Shown piece after piece: positions 19,583 through 30,048 of a DNA stretch of 64,000 bases (position 1 is the first letter of the stretch; each line of letters starts with the position of its first letter). Source of the DNA: Rebecca billardiae RCC1528 (Eukaryota > Protista > Haptophyta); assembly GCA_965240325.2 (NCBI GenBank), contig OZ251230.1, positions 682,001 through 746,000 on the forward strand, read 5' to 3'. The position numbers and the translations under genes are program-made. The notes under the pieces were generated by a model. That model had not been told where the DNA came from and searched no databases. It worked only from the letters and a program-made list of their open reading frames with translations.

Positions 19583-19719
19583 GGCCACCGTCACGATGGA
19601 TGGCGAGCAGCGAGCTTTGCCCGTTGTTCCGCTGCAGAAGATTCGTCGTTCCAGCAGTGGTCCGGCTCAGGGACTCGCCGGACGTGCAATTCCCACCCTG
19701 TGTCGACGCTGTTGGGCTG

Positions 19720-20241
19720 ATGATGACGACGTCCACGCCGCGCGCGGCGCTCTCCGCGCTGGTTCTCCTCGCTTGCATGCAGGCGGGCAGGGCCTTCAGC
19801 GCCCCGCTTCGCGCCGATGTGCGCGTTCGCGGCGCTCGGAGCGCGAGTTCGGTTTCGATGCTCTTCGGCAAGGCCTTTGCTAATGATCCGAACGTTCAGA
19901 AGGGTGGGGCATCAGCTGGCCTGAGCAAGAAGCCGGACGCCGTGGAGGTGAGCTTCTCGAACGGGCGCACGGTCAGCGCTATCCCCGGCCAGAAGCTATC
20001 CGATGTCGCGCGTGCCGCCGGAGCACGCATCCGATACGACTGCAAGAACGGCGAGTGCGGCACGTGCACGGTGAAGCTCAACGGGCGGAACGTGCGCACG
20101 TGCGTGACGAAACTGCCCAAGGGCGGGCCATTCACGGTGCAGGTGGGCGATGTTAAGGGATCGGCGGCGGAAGCCAAGACAAAGAGCCTGCAGGACCAGC
20201 TGAAAGCGGAGAACTCCAAGAAGAAGAAGGGCTGGTTCTAA
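19720..20241 (+). CDS. Plastid-targeted 2Fe-2S ferredoxin-like protein
   Basis: Signal peptide ending ..GRAF plus transit-like region; YDCKNGECGTC...C cluster motif. Confidence 0.85.
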   Translation: MMTTSTPRAALSALVLLACMQAGRAFSAPLRADVRVRGARSASSVSMLFGKAFANDPNVQKGGASAGLSKKPDAVEVSFSNGRTVSAIPGQKLSDVARAAGARIRYDCKNGECGTCTVKLNGRNVRTCVTKLPKGGPFTVQVGDVKGSAAEAKTKSLQDQLKAENSKKKKGWF

Positions 20242-20327
20242 TCGGGCATCGTCCACAGCCACCGCCACTCGCACGGCTCTAGCTGAGGCTCTGGGCTGCG
20301 GGGAGCGGGGGCCGGCTCTCGATGAAG

Positions 20328-20991
20328 TCAGAGGTACCCAAGCCGCACTTGCTGCGCGACGCGCACACATGGTAAGCACTGCATGCTGTGCTCATGACGA
20401 CTGTCTTCCATGCGCATCGGGCTACTCCGGCCGCGTTCAGAACTGGCAATGCGCCATGCGGCGCTGATCTCGCAGGCTGTGCGCCCGCCAGCCCGCCTGC
20501 GATGATCATCGGACGGACATCGTTCAGATGTTGAAGCCGCTCGCGGCTCGGCTTGCAAGGGGTCGCGGGCCAAGCTGAGCTAGTGAAGCTGGCGGAATTG
20601 GTCGTCCGAGTCGTAGTAGTATTATAACGCGCCCGATCACACTTCACGTAGCAGGTCACCATATCGGTCTGTCTCGTTGCGCGTGCCATCCGCGCCCGAG
20701 GGCATGGACACGCCCGCAAAGTCGGCCAGTAGGTGGGTACTGCTGGGTGCACGCGCAGGTCAACGCATGCCATCTGACAGCTCCAGATCCGAGTGACGAG
20801 TGTGCAAAGAATCCCTCTAATAGCGCCGGCACAGCCACAGGTCGGCCAGGCACGCGCGCCGTGGTGCACGTCTCCGGTGCTTGCTCGCCACGCCGAGAGA
20901 GGTTGACCGCGCTGCCGAGCATCTCGGTGGCCAGCCAGGAGTCATGAGGGCGCTGGATGTTCGCCTGCATCTCCTGCTTCATCGCTGCCAT
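20328..20991 (-). CDS. Possible multi-exon hypothetical protein
   Basis: Successive non-low-complexity ORF pieces (MAAMKQEMQ.., DMVTCYVKCDRARYNTT..). Exon structure not resolved. Confidence 0.25.
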
Positions 20992-21098
20992 GTGCAGGGG
21001 TAGCCGCCACAGCTTGTCAGGGGGTTGGACCGGAGCCGGAGAAGCAGTCCATAATTATCATCAAGAATGCACGAGGACCATGTCCGATCCTCCGAGAA

Positions 21099-21737
21099 TC
21101 ACGCCGATGTGGCTGCATTGCCGAGCCGCACTCCAGCACCATCTCCGATGATGCCCCCGTCACGACCACGACGCCAAGCGCGCGTGTGCCGCGGCAGCGG
21201 CAAGGGTCCGCATGCCTGCCTGCACCGCCATTGCGTTTCCCAGTACACAAGGAGGAGGACAGCGTAGATTCCTCCGTACCATCGCCACTCGGCCATCACC
21301 CATGCGTCGATTCGCCTGCCTAGAACCAGCTCGACGAGGCGGTCGACGATTCCGCCCACAAAGAGTGCAGCTGTGGACGCAAAGATGAGCAGCGCCGCAG
21401 CCGCCGGCGCTATGTGTCCCACCGCGATGCGGGCACATGCGAGGTACGTCGAGAGGGTAACCCTGCTGAAGCGAGCTCGCGCGTGCGCGTAGCAGACGAC
21501 GAAGAAGGCGCAGTTCATGACGATATTCGCGCCGACAGGTCCCAGGCGTGCATGCAGCCTGACTGCCTCGATCGGTATGGAGAGAGCGCGCAGGACAAAG
21601 CTCTCGCCAAACTTTGCGAAGACGCACGCGCACAGGGCAGAGCCGGCGAGTTTGGAGCGGCTCGCCAAGGTCTCTTGTCCCGACAGCGTTTCTGAGAGTC
21701 CCCACGCGAAAGCTAGGGTTGATACCAAGAGCAGCAT
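21099..21737 (-). CDS. Hypothetical multi-pass membrane protein
   Basis: ATG-started 212-aa ORF with several hydrophobic segments; divergent from MOG1. Confidence 0.55.
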   Translation of the reverse strand: MLLLVSTLAFAWGLSETLSGQETLASRSKLAGSALCACVFAKFGESFVLRALSIPIEAVRLHARLGPVGANIVMNCAFFVVCYAHARARFSRVTLSTYLACARIAVGHIAPAAAALLIFASTAALFVGGIVDRLVELVLGRRIDAWVMAEWRWYGGIYAVLLLVYWETQWRCRQACGPLPLPRHTRAWRRGRDGGIIGDGAGVRLGNAATSA

Positions 21738-21839
21738 GCCTCGCCGCGCCTACAGGACGCCGGCCGCCATCGTTGCGTGACGAGGAATAAGTCGTTTGCG
21801 CCGAGATTCCGGGAAGCACTGCCCAACTTGCTCGGCAGC

Positions 21840-22382
21840 ATGGCGCCCGCTCCTGCTCCGGGCGCGCGCAAGCTCTTTGGAGGCGCCATCGAGGTGGCGG
21901 GAGTGCCGAGCACGTGGCTTGGCACGGACGAGTACATGGACATTGCCCGACAGCCCGTGCCAGACAACCAGGAGGTGCTCATCGAACCGCCCAGCGCCGA
22001 GGCACCCGCCAGGCCAGCGACGCTCTTCATAGACCTCACTGAGCCGGCCGGCGCAGACGCCACGAGCGCAGTCCTGGAGCACCTCAAGGACATACTCGAT
22101 CGGATGGAAGCGGGCGAGCCACCAGCGGGCTTGGAGCCATCTCGGCTCACTCCACCTCCCCGTGTTCTGCAGGACGATCCCAGCGCAGTCGCGTCGGTCG
22201 TAGACATTGACCTGGCACCGACTGGCCCTCAGCTCACCATCTGCGTTGTGCACGTGCCTCGGGCACAGGTGGACGTGGTTCTCACCGCTATCGGCGCCCC
22301 GCCGACGCGTGGCGGTGTACTCGATGCGCGGACAGTGTGCGCGTCCCTGTACATCGCCGATTGGGGGCTCTTTGAACAGTGA
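21840..22382 (+). CDS. MOG1: MOG1-like Ran-binding protein (Mog1p/PsbP fold)
   Basis: RKLFGGAI...RQPVPDNQEV signature. Confidence 0.75.
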   Translation: MAPAPAPGARKLFGGAIEVAGVPSTWLGTDEYMDIARQPVPDNQEVLIEPPSAEAPARPATLFIDLTEPAGADATSAVLEHLKDILDRMEAGEPPAGLEPSRLTPPPRVLQDDPSAVASVVDIDLAPTGPQLTICVVHVPRAQVDVVLTAIGAPPTRGGVLDARTVCASLYIADWGLFEQ

Positions 22383-22862
22383 CTGACCGGCTGCCGCTGA
22401 CCGGGGTGGCGGGTCTCGTCGACTCGGGCGGGGCCGCGCCGGGCACGGGCGATCCGCTAGATGCGGGACCTCTCCAACTGGCATCAGCAATTAACTGCCT
22501 CGAGCATCGTCATGGAGTCGCACCGGCACTGCTGACGAGTCTGATCGATCAGATCGGCGCGTAGTTATTACGCGCGCAGTATATATATATATATAGTGAT
22601 GCCCGAGTGGCCCACACTCCACAGAGTACGGATCACGGATGGCTGCGTCAGACCGAGCCCGCGGGCGCTGCAACAGTGCGGCCCGGCGTCGGACCGCGTC
22701 CGCAACCGGGTCGTAAGCAATAACCGTCAACGTCGTCGACGACTCGACGACAGATAGCGCGCTGATGACGACGAGATTTTTATAGCGCATATTGATGACG
22801 ACCGCATGTACTTTGTAGTTACGCGGTTTCCATCAATGAATGAAGGACGTCAGCGAGTTGAA

Positions 22863-25800
22863 TCAGGAGAGCGTGGACAGCGCGATGGCCACGCGGCACT
22901 GCTCGTCGCGCACGCCCACGTACATGCGGTGCGCGCAGCACTCCGCGCCGGACAGTGGGCCGGCGTCGAGCGGGCGGCACGCCTCGGAGCGCAGCACGTA
23001 CTCCTGCATGTCCGGCTCCGGCAGCTCGAGCGGCGGGCGCGGCGCGTGCGGCCGAGGCTCTGCCGCCGACGGGTCGGCCCCTCCCGCGCACGCGAAGCGC
23101 GCGAGCACGCGGCGCTCCGCGTCGTCGTGCACGTCGACGGCGAGGCCGCGCGCGAGCCCGTCCATCACGCTCGCGTTGCGCGCGAGCGTCGGCGGCAGCT
23201 TCGCCTCGAGCGACGCGGCCGTCGCCGCGCTCAGCTCGGCGCGCGCGAGCGCGTCGCAGGCGCGCGCCCACGCGCGGCCGCCGTCGCCGGCGAGCTCGGC
23301 GTCCGCCCCGCCGGAGGTGAGGCCCTCGGCGCGGCCCGCGGCGAGGGCGGCCTCGTCCGCCGCGGCGCGCACGCACGCCGCCGCGCGCGCGCACGGCAGC
23401 GCGCGCAGCGCGTGCGCGCCGCTCAGCACCAGCCCGCACAGCAGCTGCTGCAGCGCGCACGTGGGCGCAAGTGTCTCGAGCCAGTGCAGCAAGATCTCAG
23501 CCTCGCGCGGCGCGTGGAAGAGGGCGCGCTGGCGCGCGGCGGGGACGGGCAGCGTGGTGGACCACAGCTGCTGCCACAGGTTGCCGCCGTCGCGGAAGCG
23601 CGACGAGAGCGCGCCGCGACGGTCGCGCGCCAGCGCCGCCGCCGCCTCGGCGCTCGCGCTCGCGGGCGGCGCGGGCCACTCGCGCGGCGCGGCGGGCGGG
23701 GCGTCGGCGGCGGGCGCCGACGCGTCGGCGTCGGCGTCGGCGTCGGCGCCGCGCTCGGCGGGCCCGTCGTCGATGACCCAGTCGCGCGGCGAGTGCCAGC
23801 GCACAAAGTCGGCGAGCTCGCACCGCGGGTTGGCCGCCTTGAACGCCTGCATGTCCGAGCGGAGCTGGGACGACTGCAGCCGCGCGCGCAGTAGCTGCGG
23901 GTCAGAGCCGCCCGCGCCCTCGCCGCCCACGCCCTGCAGCGCGTCGATGCGCTCGAGCAGCTGGTCCTCCGTCATCGGCACGGCCGGCTGCGTGTGCGGC
24001 TCGTACAGCTGCCGCCCGTCGGCGAGCGCGAGCAGCAATGGCAGCGCCGCCGCGCGGCCCTCGCCCTCCTCCTCCTCCTCCTCCTCCTCCTCCCCCTCGC
24101 CGTCGCCGCTGCCGCCGCCGTCGGCGTCGGCGTCGGCGGTGGCGCCCGCCGCGCCCGCGCGCCCCGAGCGGCCAGCGCTCGCGCCGTGCGGCTCGTGCGG
24201 CGGCGCGTCGTCCGCGTCGCGCTCGAGCCTGCGCGCCTGCTCGACGCAGCAGTTGAGCATCTGCAGCTTCTGGTGCAGCAGCAGCGTGCCCGCACGCGGC
24301 AGCGCGCCCGGCGCTCCGAGGGCTGGCAGCCGCTCGCGCGCCTCCCAGCACGCGCGCGCGCGCCCGATGAACGCACGCCAGGTGTGCGCGAGGGCGACGA
24401 GCGAGGCCTCCGACGCGAGCGCGCGCATCAGGCGGGCGGTGAGCGAGCCCGGCGGGACCAGCTCGTACCCGCCCTCGCCGCGCGCGCCCCCGCCCGCGGC
24501 CGCGCCCGCCGGCGCGGGCGCGCCGGCGTCGGCCGCGCGCGCCGCTGCGTCCGCCGCGTCCGCGGCGGCAGCCTCGGCGAAGATGGCGTCGAGGAGGTCG
24601 GCGACGGCGTGCGGCGCGGGCACGCGCAGCGCCTGGCGCGGGTTCAGCCCGAGCGCGCTCGGCAGCGACGCCCGCGCGACCAGCGTCTCGAGCGTCTCCG
24701 CCGAGCCCACCGCCTGCTGCCACACGGTCGCGAGCGCGCGCATGCGGTTGGCAAGCCGAGCGCCGTGCGCGGGCGCTGGCAGGGTGTCTGCCGGCGCGAA
24801 GGGCGCGTCGGCGAGGGCGCCCGCCGCGCTCGGCGGGGTCTCCTCGTCCGTGTCGTCCGGCGGCACCACGCCGAGCACCCAGCGCGGCGCGAGCGGCGCC
24901 GCCAGCTCGTGCCCGCCCCACTCGAGCTGTGAGGCACTCAGCCGCTCCCAGCCGCACGCGAGGTGCAGCTCTGCGAGCGGGTCGTCCGCGATGCCGAGCC
25001 AGGCGGAGGCGTCGCGCCCGTCGACGAGGAGGTCGCACCACTCGGCCGCGGCGGTCGGCCCGCCGCCGCCGCCGCCGCCGCCACCCGCCGCCTCCGCGCC
25101 ACCATCCTCGTCGCCGTCGGCCGCGCCGTCGCCGCGCGCCGCGCCAGCGGCCGAGCTCGAGCGCGCCCTGCCCCAGCCTGCGATCACGTGGGTGTGCCAC
25201 ACGTCGCAGCTGAAGGCGCGGCCCTCGTCCTCCTCGTCCGCGGCGGTGTGCGCGCCGATCTTGGTGCGGAAGAGCGCCGCCATCACCGACGGCTCGCGCG
25301 TGCGCACGCGCTCCGGCTCGTCGAGCGAGTCGAAGCAGTCCACGTCGAAGCGCGTGCTCACGCGCCCGACGCACGCCCAGCCGCAGAACGCGCCGCGCTC
25401 GGCGCTGTGGCAGACGAGGCCGGGGATGGCGCGCCCGCTCTGCGCGAGGGCGACGTTCAGCGCGCCCTGCGCCAGCGCGATCTCCGACGAGTCGAGGTCC
25501 GCGCCGTCCGCCGGCGAGAGCACGGCATAGTCGCCGAGACCGAACCAGCGCCGGATGCGCTCGGTGCCGAACCGGCCGTCGAGGCGCACCGTGCCGTCGC
25601 CGCGCGATACCATCTGCTCGGTGTACGGCGTGGCGCCAATCCCCTGCCCGCGCGCGCCGCCCGCGCGCGCCGCGCGGTGGATGACGAGCGAGAAGGAGCC
25701 GATGCTCGGCTCGCGCACCGCGGCCTCGGCGCGCGCGTGCGGGCTGTCGGCGCGCACGGCCTCCTCGAGCGCGCTGATGAACTCCTCCCACGGGGAGGCA

Positions 25801-25898
25801 CGCGTGAAGTCGAGAAGCTCGCCCAGGTCCTCCTCGACCTCGTCGACCGTCTCCCCCACATCCTTGGGGCGAACGCCGCCCGCGCTGATCGTCGTCAT
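22863..25898 (-). CDS. RAB3GAP1: Rab3 GTPase-activating protein catalytic subunit
   Basis: DFTRASPWEEFIS; LLHQKLQMLNCC; YEPHTQ..PMTED; LRSDMQAFKAANP...DFVRWHSPRDW. Confidence 0.93.
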   Translation of the reverse strand: MTTISAGGVRPKDVGETVDEVEEDLGELLDFTRASPWEEFISALEEAVRADSPHARAEAAVREPSIGSFSLVIHRAARAGGARGQGIGATPYTEQMVSRGDGTVRLDGRFGTERIRRWFGLGDYAVLSPADGADLDSSEIALAQGALNVALAQSGRAIPGLVCHSAERGAFCGWACVGRVSTRFDVDCFDSLDEPERVRTREPSVMAALFRTKIGAHTAADEEDEGRAFSCDVWHTHVIAGWGRARSSSAAGAARGDGAADGDEDGGAEAAGGGGGGGGGPTAAAEWCDLLVDGRDASAWLGIADDPLAELHLACGWERLSASQLEWGGHELAAPLAPRWVLGVVPPDDTDEETPPSAAGALADAPFAPADTLPAPAHGARLANRMRALATVWQQAVGSAETLETLVARASLPSALGLNPRQALRVPAPHAVADLLDAIFAEAAAADAADAAARAADAGAPAPAGAAAGGGARGEGGYELVPPGSLTARLMRALASEASLVALAHTWRAFIGRARACWEARERLPALGAPGALPRAGTLLLHQKLQMLNCCVEQARRLERDADDAPPHEPHGASAGRSGRAGAAGATADADADGGGSGDGEGEEEEEEEEEGEGRAAALPLLLALADGRQLYEPHTQPAVPMTEDQLLERIDALQGVGGEGAGGSDPQLLRARLQSSQLRSDMQAFKAANPRCELADFVRWHSPRDWVIDDGPAERGADADADADASAPAADAPPAAPREWPAPPASASAEAAAALARDRRGALSSRFRDGGNLWQQLWSTTLPVPAARQRALFHAPREAEILLHWLETLAPTCALQQLLCGLVLSGAHALRALPCARAAACVRAAADEAALAAGRAEGLTSGGADAELAGDGGRAWARACDALARAELSAATAASLEAKLPPTLARNASVMDGLARGLAVDVHDDAERRVLARFACAGGADPSAAEPRPHAPRPPLELPEPDMQEYVLRSEACRPLDAGPLSGAECCAHRMYVGVRDEQCRVAIALSTLS

Positions 25899-26584
25899 GG
25901 CGGTGGGCAGGCGTGCAGGCACCGCGACCTCCCGCGACGACGACTCCGTGTGCGATGCGCGAGCGGGAGGCACCAGAAAATCGGCGCGCGGAATGATGAG
26001 GTCAAGAGGTCGCCTGAAGGCGCCAGCAGCCACTGCAGCCAGCAGGCTGAGCTAGCCGACGCGACACCGGCCGACGGCGACAGGCTCCGCGCGCAGCGCC
26101 AGCGGCGGCTGCCGGCCCGGCCGGCGCGACCCGCGCCGTCTAAGTAAGCTATAACTATCCCGATGCAGCATGGGAGCACGGGCCCATGGCTGCATGTCAC
26201 AGCTTGAGCATACCGCTGCGCGGCCGCGGGGCCCCGCGGACTTAAGGCTAAGCTGATGCTATGCTTAAAGTTAAAGTTAAACTGTCCGAGTCCGCTCCGC
26301 CCCGGGCCCGAATTGCTACTCGTCTGCCATTCACCCGCGCCGACCGAGATGTTCAACGACCCATAACCATGTCCTTCAGACTGCCACACAACAGTAAACA
26401 GCTTACTGGCATGTCGCTTTCACCCGCACTGTCGGTGCCACTGTGACCCGTGACACGCGCGCCCGCGTGCAGGTCAACACGGCTGGCAAACGAAGACCAG
26501 CGTCCACATGAAGTACAGCATGCCTGCAGCACCCCGCTCAACACGATCACACTTCTCCCCCACAGCAGTCACCCGCGCCCGCGC

Positions 26585-27352
26585 TCAGCGCCTTGCGTGC
26601 GTCGGCGCGGCCGCGGCCGCCCCGACGAGGTCGTTGATGGCCTTGCGCTTGTCCTCGGCCGAGAACACGCTGCCGCCCGCGACGAGCGCGTTCGCCCCCG
26701 CCTCGATGAGGCCCTTGGCGTTGCTGCTCGAGACGCCGCCGTCCACCTCGATCCACGGGTCCACGCCCGCCGCGGCGCACATCGCCCGCAGCTTCTCGAT
26801 CTTCTTCGCCGCCTCCGCCAGGTACTTTGGGCCGCCGTACCCCGGGCTGACGAGCATGACCACGATCACGTCGAGCTGCTCGAGCAGGTGCTCGGCGGTG
26901 GTGAGCGGCGTGCCGGGGTTGAGCACGAGGCCGGGCGCGCAGCCCGCCTTGGCGATCGAGTGCACCACCGCCGCGGGCTGCAGCGTCGCCTCCGGGTGGA
27001 AGGAGAGGATGTCTGCGCCCGCCTTCACAAACTCCGGCACGCGGTCCTCGGGGCGCACGCAGCCGAGCTTCACGTCGAAGACGGTGTTCGGGAGCTCGGG
27101 CCGGAGGGCGGAGATGACTGGCGAGCCGAAGCTGACCTTGGGCACCATCTGCCCGTCCTGAACCGAGAAGTGCAGCCACGGCGCCCCAGCCTCCACCGCG
27201 GCTTTGCACTCGTCGCCCAGCTTGAGCAGGTTGCACTTTGCGACACTCGGCGAGACGATGACCTGGCCGGCTGGCCTCGGGGAGCGGAGCGCCGAGACGC
27301 GCGGGTTGACCTCCGACGAGAGCGTCGCTGCGATCACGGCCGTGGCGAGCAT
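26585..27352 (-). CDS. RPE: Ribulose-phosphate 3-epimerase-like protein, probably plastid-targeted, with a divergent active site
   Basis: VSPS; KAGAD..SFHPE; LNPGTP; MLVSPGYGG; WIEVDGGV; AGANALVAG.SVF; N-terminal signal-like peptide. Confidence 0.88.
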   Translation of the reverse strand: MLATAVIAATLSSEVNPRVSALRSPRPAGQVIVSPSVAKCNLLKLGDECKAAVEAGAPWLHFSVQDGQMVPKVSFGSPVISALRPELPNTVFDVKLGCVRPEDRVPEFVKAGADILSFHPEATLQPAAVVHSIAKAGCAPGLVLNPGTPLTTAEHLLEQLDVIVVMLVSPGYGGPKYLAEAAKKIEKLRAMCAAAGVDPWIEVDGGVSSSNAKGLIEAGANALVAGGSVFSAEDKRKAINDLVGAAAAAPTHARR

Positions 27353-27976
27353 GGTGTGAGCGTGCGGGTGTGCGCGGCGCGTGGGCGGCGGGCAGCGGTC
27401 CAAGCCTGAAACGCGGTGGACGGCCACTGGGATGCACGACCGTCCCGGTCGAAGTCGCGGTGAGAGAACGCATGCGATTCGTAAAGTGGCAGGTCTTGAG
27501 CCGAGACTCACTTTTCGCGTCCAGACTTTTCGCGGCCCGCGACGAACTACCCGACGAACTATGGGGGTACTTGACGGCTAATAAGCTGCTACGAATTCCG
27601 TCGAACATTTGCTACGATGCTGTGCGGTGAACTTGCATCCAGTCACCAGCGGAGCGGCGGCCAGCGAGCGGGAGGAAGATTGCGCTGAAGATTCTCGATG
27701 TCGACTCCGTGTGAAAACTGAAAACTAAGTAAATAAAACTTCCGGGCACGATGGAGCCTCCGCGGCGAGGGGTGGAGTACGGGGCTGCCGGAGTCGACTC
27801 GGGAGGGGCGATGAGCCCCCGGCCTTTAGCAAGCGCCGCCCCCTTCAGTCCGCCTGCTCTCCGCGTCGCGCGCATCGTCGGCGCGCGGTTGCTCAGTCGA
27901 GCCGGCGGCTTGTGCCAACCTAGGCCGCAGAGTGGGCAGTCTCAGAGTATGGCCACCAGCTGCCGGCCAGTGAGGG

Positions 27977-29453
27977 TTATCGCAGCGCCATCCAGAAGGC
28001 CAGCGCAAGGCCCAGGCCTTCGCGCATGCCCAGCATCGCGCAGACCAGTGTGATCGCGCACACCTGAGCGTGCTGCGAGCGGCTGAGCTGCGCTCGCGAC
28101 TCCCACAGGCTCTCGCGCAGCACGACCACGCCCAGGTGGAGCGCCATCGCGCCGGGCAAGCAGCTGCGGGCGCGCGGAGGCGCGCGCGGGGGATGGGCGT
28201 GCCGCGATGAGCGCCGCCGCCGCGCGCGCTGCGCGCTGCGCGGTGTGGCGGCGCTGCGCAGCGCAGCCGCACCGCGGGATGAGCTGCACGAGTGAGGGGC
28301 CGACCAGCAGCAGCGCCGCAAAGGCCGGCGCGAGCAGCGCGCGGGAGAGGGTGCCGCCGCCGCCCGCGTAGTAGTACACCGCCGAGTTGGCGTACGTCAG
28401 GTAGTTCGGCGGCGCGCCGAGGCAGCCCGCGAGCAGGTTGGAGAGCGCGTGCGCGCGCAGCTCGGCGCTCACGTCCGCCTTCTCGCGCGTGGTCGCGCTC
28501 AGCGCGGGCACGTTCAGCGGCACATGGAGCACGCCGAAGGCGGTGAGCGCGGCGAGGGTGGGCAGCTGCGAGGGGAGCACGTCCCACGCCACGGCGCGCA
28601 TGTCGAGCGTGCGCCACAGCACCAGCACGTCCCGAGACCCCTCGCCGTCCCCCGCAGCGTACACGAGCCCGAGCCGCCGCGCCTCGCCCAGCCCCACGCC
28701 CGCGGCCGCACGCGCCGCGTGGAAGGCGAGGGGCAGCGCGGAGTAGTACAGCGAGAAGAGCACGGGCGCGCGCACGCGGCGCGCGATCAGGAAGTACAGC
28801 AGCACCACCGCCGCCGAGAGGCCCCACAGCGGCAGCAGCGGCGGCGAGAGCAGTGCGCGCACGCCATCGAGTGAGAGCAGCCTCAGCTCGGCGCCCGTGG
28901 ACGCGTCCACGCCCACGCGGAGGACGAAGACACCGATGCCGCCCATGCAGCCGGTGACGAGGTGCGGTGGGATCGCGCTGATCGCGTCGCTCCACCCGAG
29001 CAGCCACAGCGCGTAGAAGGCTGCACCGATCAGCACGGAGCTCGCCGCGTGGATCGCGAGGATGGTCGGCAGCACCGCCTGCCCCCGCCCGGCGGGCTCG
29101 AGCTGGCCGAGCACCTCGGTGGCAATCAGCTGCATGAAGGGGAGGTTTTCCACCATCATCAGCCCCGTCGCGCAGCTCAGCGTCGACATCCGCGCAAGGA
29201 CGGCCTGGCAGGTCGCCGTGGAGGCGACGAACATCTGAATGCCGAGCGCTTGCGGCACGGCCATGCCGGGCGGGAAGAAGGCGAGTCCGTACGCTACCGA
29301 GCACACCTGCGCGTACAGCGTGCACAGGCCGAGGGCGAGCGTGCGGCGCAGCACGAGGCTGGACGATGCGGCCTCGTCTGCCTGCGGCGCCTGCTGCGAC
29401 TGGATCAGAGCCACCGTCTCCAGCTCATCGTCGTGGTGTTCGTCGGACTCCAT
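27977..29453 (-). CDS. SulP/SLC26-family anion transporter without a STAS domain; intron 28164-28272
   Basis: MMVENLPF; GCMGGIGVF; FGVLHVPLNVPAL; ELRAHALSNLLAG.LG..NYL.Y.NS..YY..GG. The spliced product stops right after the last TM segments. Confidence 0.82.
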
Positions 29454-29651
29454 GGATTCTTGCAATGTTGCCGCTGGCAGTGGTCAGGCAGTGTTTCGTC
29501 CGGCCAGCTGCAGGACCGCCGTCGCCGGCGACCGGAAACCACGTCGACAGACCTGGACCGCGCGGGCGGGCGCGCGGCGGCGGAGTTCGAACTTCGGCGA
29601 CGAAGACAGTCGTCGAAAAAAGTCAAAAACACAAACAGCTTCTCAACAACC

Positions 29652-30048
29652 ATGGCGACGGCTGCACATGGCCCATCAGCGGAGGATGAGCTCCCCGCGC
29701 CCCTGCAAGGGATCATCTCCCTCCTTGAGCCGGGCACGCGGCCCATCGTCTTCACCTTCTTCAAGGCCGTGACGGTCGCGCTCGTGCTCTGCGTCGCAGG
29801 CATGCTCGCCACGCTGGACGTCGGACCGGATGTGGCGATTCACCTGAAGGTCTTCCTCGGGCTGTCGGTCGTGCTGATGGTGATCACAATCTGGTGCGCG
29901 CGCGCGCGCGTGCGCATGCGGCGTTGTGCCGTCCCTCCTGAGCCCGTGCCTCGTTGGCGCTGCGTGCGGCAGGTTCTTCGGCGAGCTGCAAAATGCACAG
30001 GCGGCGCAGGCTGCGGAGAAGGCGGGGGACAGCAAGAAGGACAAGTGA
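29652..30048 (+). CDS. PKR1-like ER V-ATPase assembly factor; intron 29894-29972
   Basis: LLEPGTRP-TM-IH-TM-W|FFGEL pattern; C-terminal KKDK (KKxx ER retrieval signal). Confidence 0.7.
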
